A stretch of 59,597 nt of DNA, the filler included, from Basidiobolus ranarum (taxonomy: Eukaryota): NCBI GenBank assembly GCA_040143965.1. It is 11 parts of 11 records of this genome, joined end to end, with 100 filler letters (N's around TTAATTAATTAA, not from the genome) between each part and the next. Parts side by side here need not be neighbours in the genome. Positions count along the whole stretch, not along the records: positions 21,752 to 27,081 come from JASJQH010001630.1; positions 27,182 to 32,508 come from JASJQH010001631.1; positions 32,609 to 37,934 come from JASJQH010001632.1; 8 more parts are not named here. One strand, written 5' to 3'. This document shows, piece by piece, positions 23,437 to 36,129 of the stretch. Under the pieces are notes generated by a model, which did not search any database, was not told the DNA's origin, and saw only the letters and a program-made list of their open reading frames with translations. Position 1 is the stretch's first letter. Each line of letters opens with the position of its first letter. The position numbers and the translations under genes are program-made.

Positions 23437-26400
23437 CAGTTCCCAGCGTTAAGATAAAATTTTTTATCGCTCTTATTTCGTACCATTAGAATTTTTAGAC
23501 CATTTGAAGTTGTGTTCGTAAAACGTCAGATACCATTCCAGATTATTTTGGAGGTATTCCAAATTCTTTAGAATACTGACACAGTTGTATTTAGAATATA
23601 TGATGTATAATTAAATTATCTTTATCGTTACGCTTGAATATTTTCAAAACCCTAGACAAGTAATTAGTTACCTCATTTAAACTCTAAATCTTGGTCGCGT
23701 TGCCTGATAGCACCAAAACCATTTTCTTTCACGATGATGTGCATGAGCATACGTATTCTTATGTTTTTGCCAAGAACAGCACTTGTAAGGGAAAGTCCCT
23801 GGGGCAACTACACATGATTTTTCGCTAAGAGAGCACCTGCACTCTAGATAGACAGCCACTACTTCCTTAATTTAGTGGAAGAAAAGTGAGGTCAATATTA
23901 AGGTGCTTCATATTATTCCACATAATTTATAACTCTATATGAGAAATCTGGCAACGGGTACTATTATTGTCTACTTCACATCAAAATGCTGTATAAATCA
24001 GCTGCTTGGTGAGGGAGTTTGTCAATCACCAAGACCTATATTGCATACTTAAAGTGAAAATCACAGCAGTGCAGTTAGACATCAGAAATATTTTCATATG
24101 CCACTGTAGTAATTCAGCTGAACTTCATGGGTCTTTGCTATAAAGTACCATTAAGAAGGTACTACCAACTTAATGCAGCTAATAGTGTTCTGGCCACTGT
24201 ATTTAGGGTGAGCATATATGATTTTACTACTCTTAGATTCAGGTCAAAAACATACTATCTAGACCTAATGTACAGTTTTCTAACAGGGCTCAACTGTTAT
24301 CTCGATTGAACAATATTTGATTTCGCATCCGGAACCTGTATTTTCTATTGTGATGCAATAGCTGCTGGAAAAATATTGGCAAGACAAAGTTGACTTGATT
24401 TTCAACTAACACGGGGCCATCTAACGAGCAGCCGAATGAAGCTTTAATGAGATAAACATTAAACCAATGGTCTCACTATCATCTCACAATAACATCTAAG
24501 GAGGATCCTCAACATCGTTGCCAATTAAGAGGTTACCTGTGGAAATACTTTACTAGCCTGGTTCCATTTTGGTGCTCAAGAGTATATTGATTCAGTGCAC
24601 AAAATCGTTGATTAACTGACAGGAGATGGTCCCGAGTCTATTCTTAGAAGTCTTGGCTAACTGTAAATATGATCGAGGTCAACAACCTGGCACTCGTTTC
24701 AACGCCATATTTGGGGAATTAATTACTTGGCAGACGCCAAACGAGTGGTCTATCATCAGGGATTACAAATTCGAGTCATTACTGGTATTGACAATGTAGA
24801 AAACCAGAAGTCACAGAATAGGTACATTGCGGCTCAACGCCAATGTTGAATCTAGCTGTTTATAACGGTGATGGTAAAGTTATTGGTTGGATAGAAAAAG
24901 AATTTCTGTCTGCAGATTAGAATTAATAAACATCAAGTTGCTACATCCTTCTAGGCGGAAGCTGTCCAAACGCAGCAGCATTAGCTTGCCCTCACTTTCT
25001 CGTAGACATATATAACACATCTAAAGTGTATTTTCGCAGCATCTAATACAACATATGAACTTAAATCCTGAATGAGGTTTCGGAAACCTGGTGATTAGCC
25101 ATTGGCCACCCGTCTCTGTCAAATCTTGGTTACTGTTTTTTTGATAAAGGTCGGCGCGAATCGCAAGTGCACTGCTACAGCCCTTGATGTACCCCTTAAA
25201 TAAAATCAGTCTTGGCATGTCGCACAAATACCAGCAACATGTAGTGTGAGTTGTTGACACTCATTGCGTTGAAACCTAAGAATCTTCGGGGCGGAGATTT
25301 CCAGCTCCGAGAGAGGATTATGGCATTATAATTACAAACTATTATCTGACAAGCCAATGTTTTGCCCAAACGGCCCAATCATTGTCCATTCAAAGTAATA
25401 TCTCCAACAGGATCTCAGAATCAATGGAAATGGGCAAGAGCCAATGGATAACACACATGCCAACAAAGGACGACCAAGCGTTGTTGGTGATCAATGTAGT
25501 ATGTTTCCTCTCATGATCGCTTGGCTGTTCTCATGGCAGAGATATATCCTATTCGGTCAACAAGAGCTGGTATCACTCTGTCCGTAGCCTGCCTTCTATT
25601 TCGGGCGCAAGTTAGGATTTCCGCAGTCGAAGGTTCACTTGATCTGACTGCTATCAACTTGACCATTATTGGAGGATATGAAAAAGATGAGTAGGATCCT
25701 TATGCCTCCCACTCTACGTCACTACCTGCCCCGAACATCTTGCAGACAATATCAACAGCAACAGCTAAAAATGCACCACATCTACCATTGCACTATACTC
25801 CACTCCCATTTCCCTTCCAAATGACTTCTGTGCCTTTACCCAATAGGGAGGGCCAGCTTATACCAGAAACCACCTATAGTGAGACATCGATATATTGTAA
25901 TCTGTAGCTGACTAATAGAGTGGAACATATTCCTGAACCTGATTTGCCTATGACGCCTACTGCTATTCCATGTCAAGTGTCCAATGTGATTCCTGAGTGC
26001 GATTACTAATCCTTATATAGCTTTAGCATGCAAAAATTGGAGTTTTCAAAGCCACTGTTGGCTTTCCTCTGAGCTATAGAATCCCAAATTAGGACCGCCT
26101 GGTTGCGTCTGCAACGTACGTAAGGCTTTCAATACTCTAACGAGAATCAGCATCAACAATGTCATGACCGCAGCTATGTTGACTTGGCGCTTCTCAACCG
26201 CAGTCTAGCTAGGAAGCTTATACATTCTTGAGTATCGGACTGATGATCTGATAATTAGTACTGCGTATGGCTACGCACGTAAGCTCCTTTATGGAACCCC
26301 TCGGAATGCCTGATTATTAATCGACAGCTCCTCAGTTGCATAGCCAGATAACATTCCTGAACAAAGTGACCAATTCTGAACCTAATTAGACTTCCATCTG

Positions 26401-26957
26401 TCATAATGCATGTCATGGTACTCCATTCTTCAATGTACTCAGAAAGAGTAATATTGTATGTATCAAGTAAATGAGTCAGGGGCGGTGTGGAGTTGATGAG
26501 ATCCTAAGATCTACAGTAAGCCATTCCGGAATGTTCCTTAACCAAAACGGAACTTTAATAGATGGTGTGAGTGTGAGAAGATTGAAAACAGCGAATCAAC
26601 GCCCTCTAGAAGTACGGAGCTACAATGGGTTTTGCATTTCAGATTAGCCCTCGGTAAATCCAATTGGTGGGCCATATGAACCTGGAAAAACGGGTTATCC
26701 TGCTATTTCAAGGTCAGATTACCCATGATGTGCTGAGACTTGGATTACCATAAAAACTTACGCCTCCTCTGAACCTCATCACCAACCTTTTCCTTCTTTA
26801 TTGCTTTTTCTTCTGGAGATAAGTGCTTCCAGGCCACAGCGGATGCTTAATTTTTTATTACGCTTCGTGTTAAACACTATTTCCAGATAATTTACAACCT
26901 TGCACCACTATACTTGCCCCTACAACAACACTTGATCTGTTCCCTCCATTATCTCCA

Positions 26958-27081
26958 TTCTTCATATCTCCTCCTAATTTATTAGGTCATCCTGATAATT
27001 ATGTAGCAGCTAATCCTTTAGTTACACCTCCTTCAATTGTCCCTGAGTGGTATTTCTTACCATTCTATGCCATTTTAAGAT
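26958..27081 (+). pseudogene. cob: Mitochondrial cytochrome b fragment (probable NUMT) at contig end
   Basis: [36 protein letters not shown] including the PEWY motif, joined directly to non-mitochondrial sequence. Confidence 0.92.
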
Positions 27082-27181
27082 NNNNNNNNNNNNNNNNNNN
27101 NNNNNNNNNNNNNNNNNNNNNNNNNTTAATTAATTAANNNNNNNNNNNNNNNNNNNNNNNNNNNNNNNNNNNNNNNNNNNN

Positions 27182-27739
27182 TGGGGATATATTGGCTGAA
27201 TTCTTTACAGAAATTTGCCAAAATCCAAGCTTATTCTCATTGTGATTGATAACAAGAGTAAGCTCTTTGCCAAGTGTCAGTGCTATTCAAAATTTCAGAT
27301 GTTTAACAATTTTTCCACCATTAGTTTGCTGGTAAAGCATATTGATGTTGTTTGGTTATGTCTAATCAGTCTAGTATGTCCATATATAGAGACTAAACAC
27401 AACAAGATTCTTGTGTTTTTTGGTTGTCAATACTGCTGGAATATAAAGCCTAAAATATCTAAATAAAGGCATGCATATTATAGCAATAAAACCAGTAATT
27501 TGCCATTAAAAAATTATATTTTTGCAAAAGTTATCTGATATTGAATAATGTATGCCAAATTTGAGGATCACTATTTTAACTTGTATGAATACCATCAAAT
27601 TACCATCAAGAAACCGCTGTCACATCATCAAAATCCCTGGCAGAATGCAAGCCACCAATATTGTGATGGTTCTCTAACAGTTTTGCTCTTGCAGTGGGTG
27701 CATCTGATCCAGATCAAATTGATTTTATTTTTCTTAGGG
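27182..27739. repeat. Dispersed repeat family C with terminus ...GATCCAGATCAAATT.ATTTTATTTTT.TTAGGG
   Basis: Collinear with 38035-38524; both end at TTAGGG with different flanks. Here it interrupts copia RT right after LHGLKQ. Confidence 0.8.
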
Positions 27740-30120
27740 TATTGTTTTAATCCATGTAGTGTTTTTTGGAGTCTGCAAACTTCTCTAGGGCTTCTTGGGT
27801 CCATGTATCCATCTAGCAAGTCAATGTAGATTGCTCTTCATAGCCATCTGAGTTCATTCTGGGTGAACATATCTTATTTCAAGCTAAAGAATGGTAACCC
27901 AGAAGTAAAAATCTCTTACTGTACAATCAATTTGACCAATTTTTGGTCATAAATTTGAAATAAGGTTTGCATCTCAAGATCCGCAAATGTTTTACATCAG
28001 GTTTAACACCAAACCAAGCTTGATATAGTATACCATTGGACAGACTTTTAGCAAAATGCCTATTCTTCAGATATATAGCTGAAGCAACAGCTTCTGCCAG
28101 AAAATTATCAGATAAATTCAGTAGATTTATCATAGATCTTGCCATATCTATCATAGTCCCATTAGCTTGTTTGGCATCCTCATTTTAATTAGGTAAATAG
28201 GGGGCAGTAATTTCTTGCTTTATATCATGACTTTTATCAAAGAGGTTAACCAGTGTTGAATAATATTCTCCACAATTATCTTTATGTATTTTGTTGATTC
28301 TAGTTGCAGTTCCACTACTCACAGCTGTTTAAAAGCTCTAAGGATAGAGAGAGCTTCTTCTTTTCTTTCCATAATGTAGAACAAACTATCACTTGTATAA
28401 TCATCAATCATTGTGATCAAATATCTTTTTTCACCTAACAATACATATTGCAGTGGTTTACACAAATCTGAATGAATTTGATCCAAATTTATGATAGAGT
28501 AGCTTGAAACAGAGACCTTCAGTTGTTATCTTGCTTGCTTTCCATTTTTACAACTCATACAAATTTCTAGCTTGGTTGGAAGAGCAATGAAAGTTCCAAA
28601 AATTAGGCAACTTTTGCTCAATTTTATCAATTAACAAATCCAAAATGCAAAGTCTCTTATGCCATATTCAAATGGTTTCTGGATCGGAATAATTTCTATT
28701 TATACATAAACCTCTAAGATTATATGAAAGCATGTAAAAGTTCTGCTCCTTTTCTCCCAACACAAAATCATTCCCTTTTTGTTCAGCAATGTTTGATCCT
28801 GACTTATCAAAATTGAATATTAGCCTTTCTGAGAAGGCCTTGCATAAAGATATTAGGTTCTTGGCAATATCTGGAACATGTAGCACATCTTTAAAAGTAT
28901 ACTTTATCTCTTCAGAAGCATCTGTTAATCTTACTCATATTGTTCCCGTTCCAATAGCATCCAGTTTACAGTCATCTCCATGAGAACCTTTCTAATTTGG
29001 ATTGCTGCATAGTTCACAGACCAAAGCCTTTCATTTGTGATGTGTTGGGAGGCTCCAGAATCAGTACATCTTGTCTGAGAATCCTTTTGATAGTCACAGA
29101 TAGAGACAGATATGAAAAAGCAATCCTCTGTTCTTTTGGTGGGATCCTGATTTACATGAATCTTAGTCCAGACATGTACCAAATGTATAATTTGAAAGTG
29201 AATTTTTATTTCATGATTCTAGAGTCAATACTAGGATCTTAAGCTCTTAAGGTAGGGTATTCTGGACTGTAATTAAAAATTCCTGACCTGTAGTAGGAAT
29301 GCCAATGCACACCACTTAATCCTGAAAAATAGCGGCTCCATTGATGAGTGGCTCTATATTTTTTCCTGGCTTTATCTTAAAATTAAAGAATTGTCTTCCT
29401 AGAAACAGCTTGTTGGATGCAGAACATGTTTGATAGGGGTTTTCTACAACTTTCCTTACCTTCTGGCAGTTTTAGCTCTTGAACATTGAATTAGCAATTT
29501 GTCTTTAACATTAGTACAAGTTGTGTCAAAGACAGTTTGTTTGTTTTTAACCTGGAGTAAGACTTTAGTTTCAGGTAGTTTTCCATTATCTTTGCCTACA
29601 ACAATGTCCCAAAGACCTTTTTCTTGCAGCAGCTTTTTCAATTTAGTTCTCCAAACTTGATTGTTGGTGCTCTCAAACTTTTCAGAAGAGGGAAGAGTTC
29701 CAGAAATTCAACAAGTACACATTACAGATAGTCCAAATATGCAGCTCATAACCTGTTAAAGTTTTTGGGAGCCTGTTGCCACAGGTTTGGATAATTAGAG
29801 AAACTTGTTGTTTGCAGTTGTTGATTTATTGAGTAGAAAGTTGACATTTATAGTTTTCTCCAGATGAAGACAAACTAAAGTATAGAATATGTCAAGGAAG
29901 GTCCCAGGAATGTGTGTCCAGATTTTGTGGCTTCTAGTACAAGTGTGCAAAATTTATATACCTGAGAACTTCTAAGCTTGAAAAAATAATCCAACTAAGT
30001 TCAGAATGTAAATTGTGGGTAATAGCTTAGTGAAATATAAGAATCTTAATACTAACCTGTATATGAATATCAAGGTGATTAGACAAAGCTAATGGCAACA
30101 ATGGTTACTACAATATGGTC
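27740..30120 (-). mobile_element. Decayed Ty1/copia family B element: LTR (29754 onward), PBS (29744-29753), gag-protease-integrase, RT fragment
   Basis: Minus strand ...AACA-GGTTATGAGC. Motifs KGLWDIV, DSGASQHI, LHVPDIAKNLIS, IHSDLC, DMARSM...AEAVASAIYLKNR, VCRLQKTLHGLKQ. Confidence 0.88.
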
Positions 30121-30199
30121 AAGTGCATAGAGCTAACAGAATTGGGTTTGTGTTATCTAGCCTGAAGCAGATATCAATGTCAGCTTTACTCAGTTGGAA

Positions 30200-30700
30200 A
30201 CAAGGTGTTCCCAAAAAAGTGACAACCTTGCTATTTCAAGTTCCTATATTTCATGCTCTAGGGTGTTTTCCAGAGTGTGCAAACCTTTTTAGGATTTTAT
30301 GGGTGCACAAATCCATATGGCTGGTCTGTAAAGATCTCCTCAGTAAGCTCACCATTCAAGAAAGCAGTTTTAGCATCTATCTGCTATATAATATACTAAT
30401 ATTTAGCTGAAATTGCCATAGTCAATTGAATTGAATTAACCTTTGCTATTGGAGTAAAAGTTTGATATAATCTATTGCTGATGTTTGGGAAAAGCCTTTG
30501 GCTACTAGCTTAGCCTTTACCTTTCTATACTGACATAAGAGCTATATTTGAGCTTAAACAACTTTTATCAGCCAATTGAATTTCTATCTGCCTATTGGTC
30601 CGTTAAAATACATGTATGATTTTCAATCAAATCCTGGTACTCATTGATAAGGCAATCAGGCCTATTTCTGATCTAATTTGATCTCCTTGTTTGGGACAAA
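30200..30700 (-). pseudogene. Copia RT remnant
   Basis: Minus strand YRKVKAKLVAKGF, QFN.LWQF (QMDV-like) and CRPAIWI/LYG-like segments; CpG-depleted. Confidence 0.55.
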
Positions 30701-30842
30701 GGCACTGCAGCTTTGGGCATTTTATTGGGTACTTGAGTAGACAAAATCTCAGTCAAAGGGTCCACATATATGCTATTTTCTTAATTGTTTTGGTTTGAAT
30801 CCATATGAATGATTGGATCAGGACAAAATTGACTACAATATC

Positions 30843-31023
30843 AGAGTTGTGGCCTGTTATGGTGCCAGATTGTGGTATACATATCATATTATAGCAAGTA
30901 ATCTATATTTATGCAGCACAACTTGGCACTACCCAGCACCCTCTGGCATGGTCAATTTCAATAAGATGTACAGTAATATATTGACCCAAGGTCTGATAAA
31001 TCCTGTCACAATCAAACAAGCCC
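30843..31023. mobile_element. MITE copy 3 (older, more diverged; flanks ATC/ATT)
   Basis: Aligns end-to-end with 13251-13432 (GTGCCAGATTGTG...GCACAAC.TGGCACTA...CACCCTCTGGCATG...GGTCTGATAAATCCTG.CACAA); 181 bp. Confidence 0.75.
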
Positions 31024-32508
31024 ATTGTGTAGTAATCACAGATCTTGCAACTTCGATTAAAGTCATATGAGCTCTTTCAGCAACTCCATTCTGTTGAGAT
31101 AAATGGAGGGCAGTAGCTTCTTGCTTAATTCCATATATTTGCAAAGCAAATAAATGGTGTTGAAGAACTTTCTCCAACACTATCAAAATGTATTTTCTTA
31201 AATTTAATTGCAGTTTTAGTCCCTGCAAGAGTTTTGAAACCTCTCAAAATAGAGAGAGCTTCTTATGTTCCATAAAGTAGACCAAAGTGTCCCTCACATA
31301 ATAATCAACAGGTGTATTTAAATATCTTTTTCCACCTGTATGAATATTTTGCATAGGTACACACAAATATAAATCAATTGGTTGCAAATTTTGACTGAGT
31401 TGATAAAAATCAAACTCTTGAATGGTTGTCTGGCTTTTTTGTTATGTATGCAAACCTTGCAAACATACATTTTGGTTGTACAGGTTGATTTGAATTACAG
31501 AAATTAGGCTTTTTTTACACTCTTTTCTCAAGTAATTCAATCTACAATAGCTGAATCTCTTATGCTTTTATTGAGTAGTTTCCTGTTTGGAATCAGTCAT
31601 ATTTATACAAAAACTTCTTGGTTGTATATAGGTCAGTATTAGTGGTGATCCTTTTCTCTTGAAATAAATTATACACAATTTGGCCAGTGATGATGCTTCC
31701 TGACTTTTCAAAATTGAATTTTAGCCTTTCTGAGATGGCCTTGCATACAGCTATTTAGCTCATGGCAATATCACAAACATTCAGTGTATCCTTAAGGGTA
31801 TACACTTTCTCTTCAAAAAAACCAGTTAAATGAACTTGAATGGTTCTCATGTCAATGGCTTCCAAATATTGTTATTTCTCATGAAAACCTTTCTAATGGT
31901 GAATTCTCTGTAACTCACAAACCATTGTTTCTAATATATCAAATGCAATGAGGCTGTGCAGTTGTAGTCCCATGTCTAAGAGTCTGTACTGGTAGTCATA
32001 GGGAAAACAGATATGTACAAATACTTTTCTGTTACAACCACATGTCCAGATTCTATTTGTTTTTCTACTTTTGTAATGGTCGTGCTGTAATCTTTCTTAA
32101 ATGGATCCCTGTTGGGAGTTTTATATAGAGCAGATATGAACAAGTGATCTTCTATTGTAACCATATTTTCAGATCCACTAGATTTTTCTTCTGGTGCAAT
32201 TCTTTCAAGGCAATTTTGGCTCTCTTGGCCAGTTCATTTACATTAATCACAGAAAATACTACTTTTCTTCATGCAGAGTCTATAACCTTTATGGCAGCAT
32301 GATTTTGCTTAGCCCTGTAAAGCAGTTACTTGATTATAATGGTTGGATCCTGATTTGCATATAATTTCTTCCAGAATTTGGCCAAATGCTTAATGAAGGG
32401 TCAAATTTTCAGTTCTTGAATCTGGAGCCATTACTAGGTTCTGATATGTCAAGTTATTTTGGGAGTCTATTGGAAGTGTAGAAATTGATGGTTTTCACTT
32501 CTTGCTTT
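31024..32508 (-). pseudogene. Copia family B gag-protease-integrase remnant
   Basis: QQNGVAERAHMTLIEVARS; MVTIEDHLFISAL, shared with 49252 region; zinc-knuckle remnant. Confidence 0.82.
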
Positions 32509-32608
32509 NNNNNNNNNNNNNNNNNNNNNNNNNNNNNNNNNNNNNNNNNNNNTTAATTAATTAANNNNNNNNNNNNNNNNNNNNNNNNNNNNNNNNNNNN
32601 NNNNNNNN

Positions 32609-32918
32609 TCACGTCGGTAGATATGAACAAATTTCCATTAGAGTTTTTGGTACATATCATGGTTCCCCTGGTGAGCTTCCCATAGTTATGGGCACCTCCT
32701 CCATTTCTTACTGGTACACCTCCAGCTTTGCAGACTATTGCCACTAAATCCACAGGAGATGCCTGTCGATTGAAGTAGCCGCCATTGCATCCATAGTACG
32801 GTGCAGAACTGACATTGGTATTGCCCACATCGGCAACGCCAATGGTAGTCACATCAGCAACAATTGCTGTTACTTCAGTGCCTTGGTAGGTGAATTGATT
32901 GACTCGAGCTTCTGACAT
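32609..32918 (-). CDS. Phosphodiester glycosidase (NAGPA/DUF2233-like) protein, paralog 2, truncated at contig end
   Basis: YYGCNGGYFN...PVDLVAI...TRGTMIC aligns with HYGINGGFFN...PGDLLSI...TRGTIIC of 34068-34973. Confidence 0.8.
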
Positions 32919-34067
32919 GAAGATAGTAGTTGTCTGGAATACAGTCGTTTGTAGCGGTATTTGTAGTAATAAGTGAAGTTACGCACAGTGCATTTGATGC
33001 ATATAGTAGGGTATTTTCGAAGAGCAATGCTTCACCATTACACAAATTGGCGCCTCCAGAATACTAATTTCATTTGATGTAGCTACTTCCCAGGTACCAT
33101 AGAGTTCAAAGATCAGTGCGTGGGCATATATGGACTCAGCTACTACTGTATATTGATATTCTAGCTGGTTTAATACTTGGAATCAGTTATTTGTCATTGT
33201 GCCTTACAGAATATAGCCAATTATTTTAGAAATCATATTTTGGGTGGATTTTAAGCGCACAGCTGTATGTATGGATACTACTATAATTTCAATAGAATAG
33301 TACCAAATGATTTGGCTTTATTATCAATGGCTAATGATCATTCTCCTGGATGTCTATTGCCGTATATATTTCTAATAATTGTTACAACCTTCGACTAAAG
33401 CGCAGAACTGACATTTTAATCTTAATACATTTTCGATTTGTGACAAGAAACTAAAATTCCCAACATTTGACAAAACTACAAAACGCATCTCAAAAGGGTT
33501 GGGAATCTGTTGTTACTCAAACTAGCCATCATGCAACTATACATACCACCTAATGCATATGTGTACTACTAGACTAAGCCATCTTTCAGCCAAACCCGTA
33601 AAATGTACTTGGAGTTCTAAATGGCAATTACTGGATGTCATGCATAGCGGGAGGTAACAAGTTGATTGAGTAACCACTGCCCAAAATCATATCTAAATCA
33701 CCTATTGCTTCAATCGGGCTAGGGGATCCAGTACTACTAGGCCATTTTAGTAGAGCGTGATGGACTTCTCTCAACTTTAACTTGTTTTCATTCTCACAAG
33801 ACCATATATCAGTCTAGTTTGGAATATGTAGTTCGAGTACTTGAAGTTATGGTCGCCATGTCCTTTTTTTGCTATATCCTTACTCATTGTTCTATTTATA
33901 TACGTGCAACATATGAGAGCCAAAAAATGCGAAAAATGGCTAGCCTTAAGTTTACTCAACTCCAATAATAAGCACTTTTGATAAAAAAGAATTCCATGAT
34001 GGTATACTGTGTGTATTAGGGATAAACATTGATGCAAGTAGTAAAATTGTCTGCTCACAGGCTATGA

Positions 34068-34973
34068 TTAGCAATACTTGGCTCTTCCTATAGTGACACC
34101 AGCTGGGATCAGAACCTTTTTCTGGATCAAACTTCTCACATCAACCCAGGCAGAGGGATCAACAGTAACCATAGAATAGATAGGGCGCCCTCCTTTGTAT
34201 TCCTTTCCTCTACTTCTTGCCTGAGCCTCATGGGCATAGTCAATATGAATCTCAGTCTTTACATCAAACCCGGATATCTGTGATGAGCCTCCGCCATCAA
34301 GCATTATTCCAATATCGCATAGGTAATCATACCTCATGGCCTTTCTAACCTCCAGGACTGAACAGCAACGGAAACTAGCCAAGACTATTTTTCTATCTAC
34401 TCTTCTGAATCCAATGGCTGATCGATTGGCATATCGAGCCCTACCAACTTTATTGATACTGCATGCATGCTCTTCCAATTGTATTTTCGACAGATAGTCA
34501 TGATCGTTGTAGTTTTTGTCCAGATGAAGGCTATATCCTCCCATTGCCCATTGTATTTTCTCTTCAGAAATCTGGGAATCTTTTATATCTCTAATGACTG
34601 CGACATCTGCAGTTAATTCCCCAACAGAATTCCTGTGGCAAATAATTGTTCCCCTGGTGAAATTTGTCGGAGTCGATTGATCATAGCTTAATCCTTTTAT
34701 TAGTCTTCCACTTTCGCTGCATTTAGAGCTTCCATTACCACCCTGCTGCTTCTGGTTCTGGTGGCCATTTGAGACCTTGGTGAAATGAGTAATCGACAAT
34801 AAATCCCCAGGTGGATTACTGTCGGGATTAAAAAATCCGCCATTAATCCCATAATGTCCGGAATTAGCAACTGATACTGCTCCAACGTAAGCGACGCCTA
34901 CTGCTTCAAGATCACTGATGATTACAGTAGATGAGAGTTCTTTGCTTTCCACAAGTCCGGCCTCAGTAGTCAT
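34068..34973 (-). CDS. Phosphodiester glycosidase (NAGPA/DUF2233-like) family protein, 301 aa, intronless
   Basis: Family motifs GINGGFF, RSAIG and MLDGGGSSQ in correct order; no signal peptide. Confidence 0.85.
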   Translation of the reverse strand: MTTEAGLVESKELSSTVIISDLEAVGVAYVGAVSVANSGHYGINGGFFNPDSNPPGDLLSITHFTKVSNGHQNQKQQGGNGSSKCSESGRLIKGLSYDQSTPTNFTRGTIICHRNSVGELTADVAVIRDIKDSQISEEKIQWAMGGYSLHLDKNYNDHDYLSKIQLEEHACSINKVGRARYANRSAIGFRRVDRKIVLASFRCCSVLEVRKAMRYDYLCDIGIMLDGGGSSQISGFDVKTEIHIDYAHEAQARSRGKEYKGGRPIYSMVTVDPSAWVDVRSLIQKKVLIPAGVTIGRAKYC

Positions 34974-36129
34974 GTTGCTGCTAGTTCTGATGCATCAGGA
35001 GGAGTGGATATACGTTATCTATAGTGTTATTCCAAGGTTGCAGTTGTATATATCCCATTTTCCTGATGTGGTATAGTGAGTTGTTTCGCGGTAAAACTAG
35101 TGTTTGGCTGTTTATGTGGTTAGGCATTGGCTTGACTGAAGGTAACGTACTAATAAAGACCTTTACTAATTTTACATTTATTCTGACATACACAACCCCG
35201 GTCATTCTCTTTCACTGGTTTTTTAAGTATGAATAATTAAGAAGAACTGATATAATGGCCTTTATTCAGATTCTGGGCCAGCAAGATGTACCCCCCAAGT
35301 ATTTGCAATTAGATTCGAGTAACACTCCACAGTGGTTTTGGGTCATTATTAGATATCACCATTATTGAAAATACCACGCACAGTAAAAAGATAATTCTAA
35401 ACATTGAAACATGTATCTTCCCATCTTATTTTGAATAGTTCGTTTCGAAGTAAGATATATATATATATATTGTATATTAAGGTCATTAGTTTATTTATCG
35501 ACAATAGGTTTTTGATTTGCACTATATATCTCACTTGGGTATTGTGAATGAAAGTCATAGCCAGCCACTTTGTGTTTCTATTTATGATTACCATACACAA
35601 GTACAAGTGCTTATATACACAATGCCTTAACTAATACAATCGGATAACTTGTCCGATACAAAGATAAAAATATTTATCTTCTTGATAGCCAATATCCGGA
35701 TTTTGAGTTACATTTGATGGTATCTTGAGCCACAAGGAGCTGTAGAGATCATTCTGGTTCGTTAAGCCCTATTCACAACCAAATATCGATTGATAATATT
35801 CTTAACATCGGCTTTACTATATTGTAGTTGGATAATTAGACACTAACTACGCTATTTCCCATCTCGCAAGAATGAACCCGGTTGCACCATTCTGAAACAT
35901 CAAGTAATTGTGGAATCAATCCGTAAAATATATTTTCCCTCAGCAGATATCACGCATATGGGAGATATTGACTATTCTATAAACATTGGTAAAGTAGAGC
36001 CTGTACTTTGATCTGAGACTTTGTCTATTCGCGGGGGCTTGTGTAGTCTTCACCCCATGGATATACAGCCATTTTGCTTATCTTCGAATTCTCCTCACTT
36101 ACAGCGACTTTTTCCAAATCTCTCCACTA

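Noticed and set aside
24500-26000. Possible decayed host genes (F-box-like LPVEIL at ~24533; Pro/Thr-rich frame at ~25700-25900)
   Set aside because: Only short motifs with stops; no consistent exon structure or family could be supported.
27734-27739. TTAGGG as a telomeric repeat
   Set aside because: A single unit at a repeat terminus, not a tandem array.
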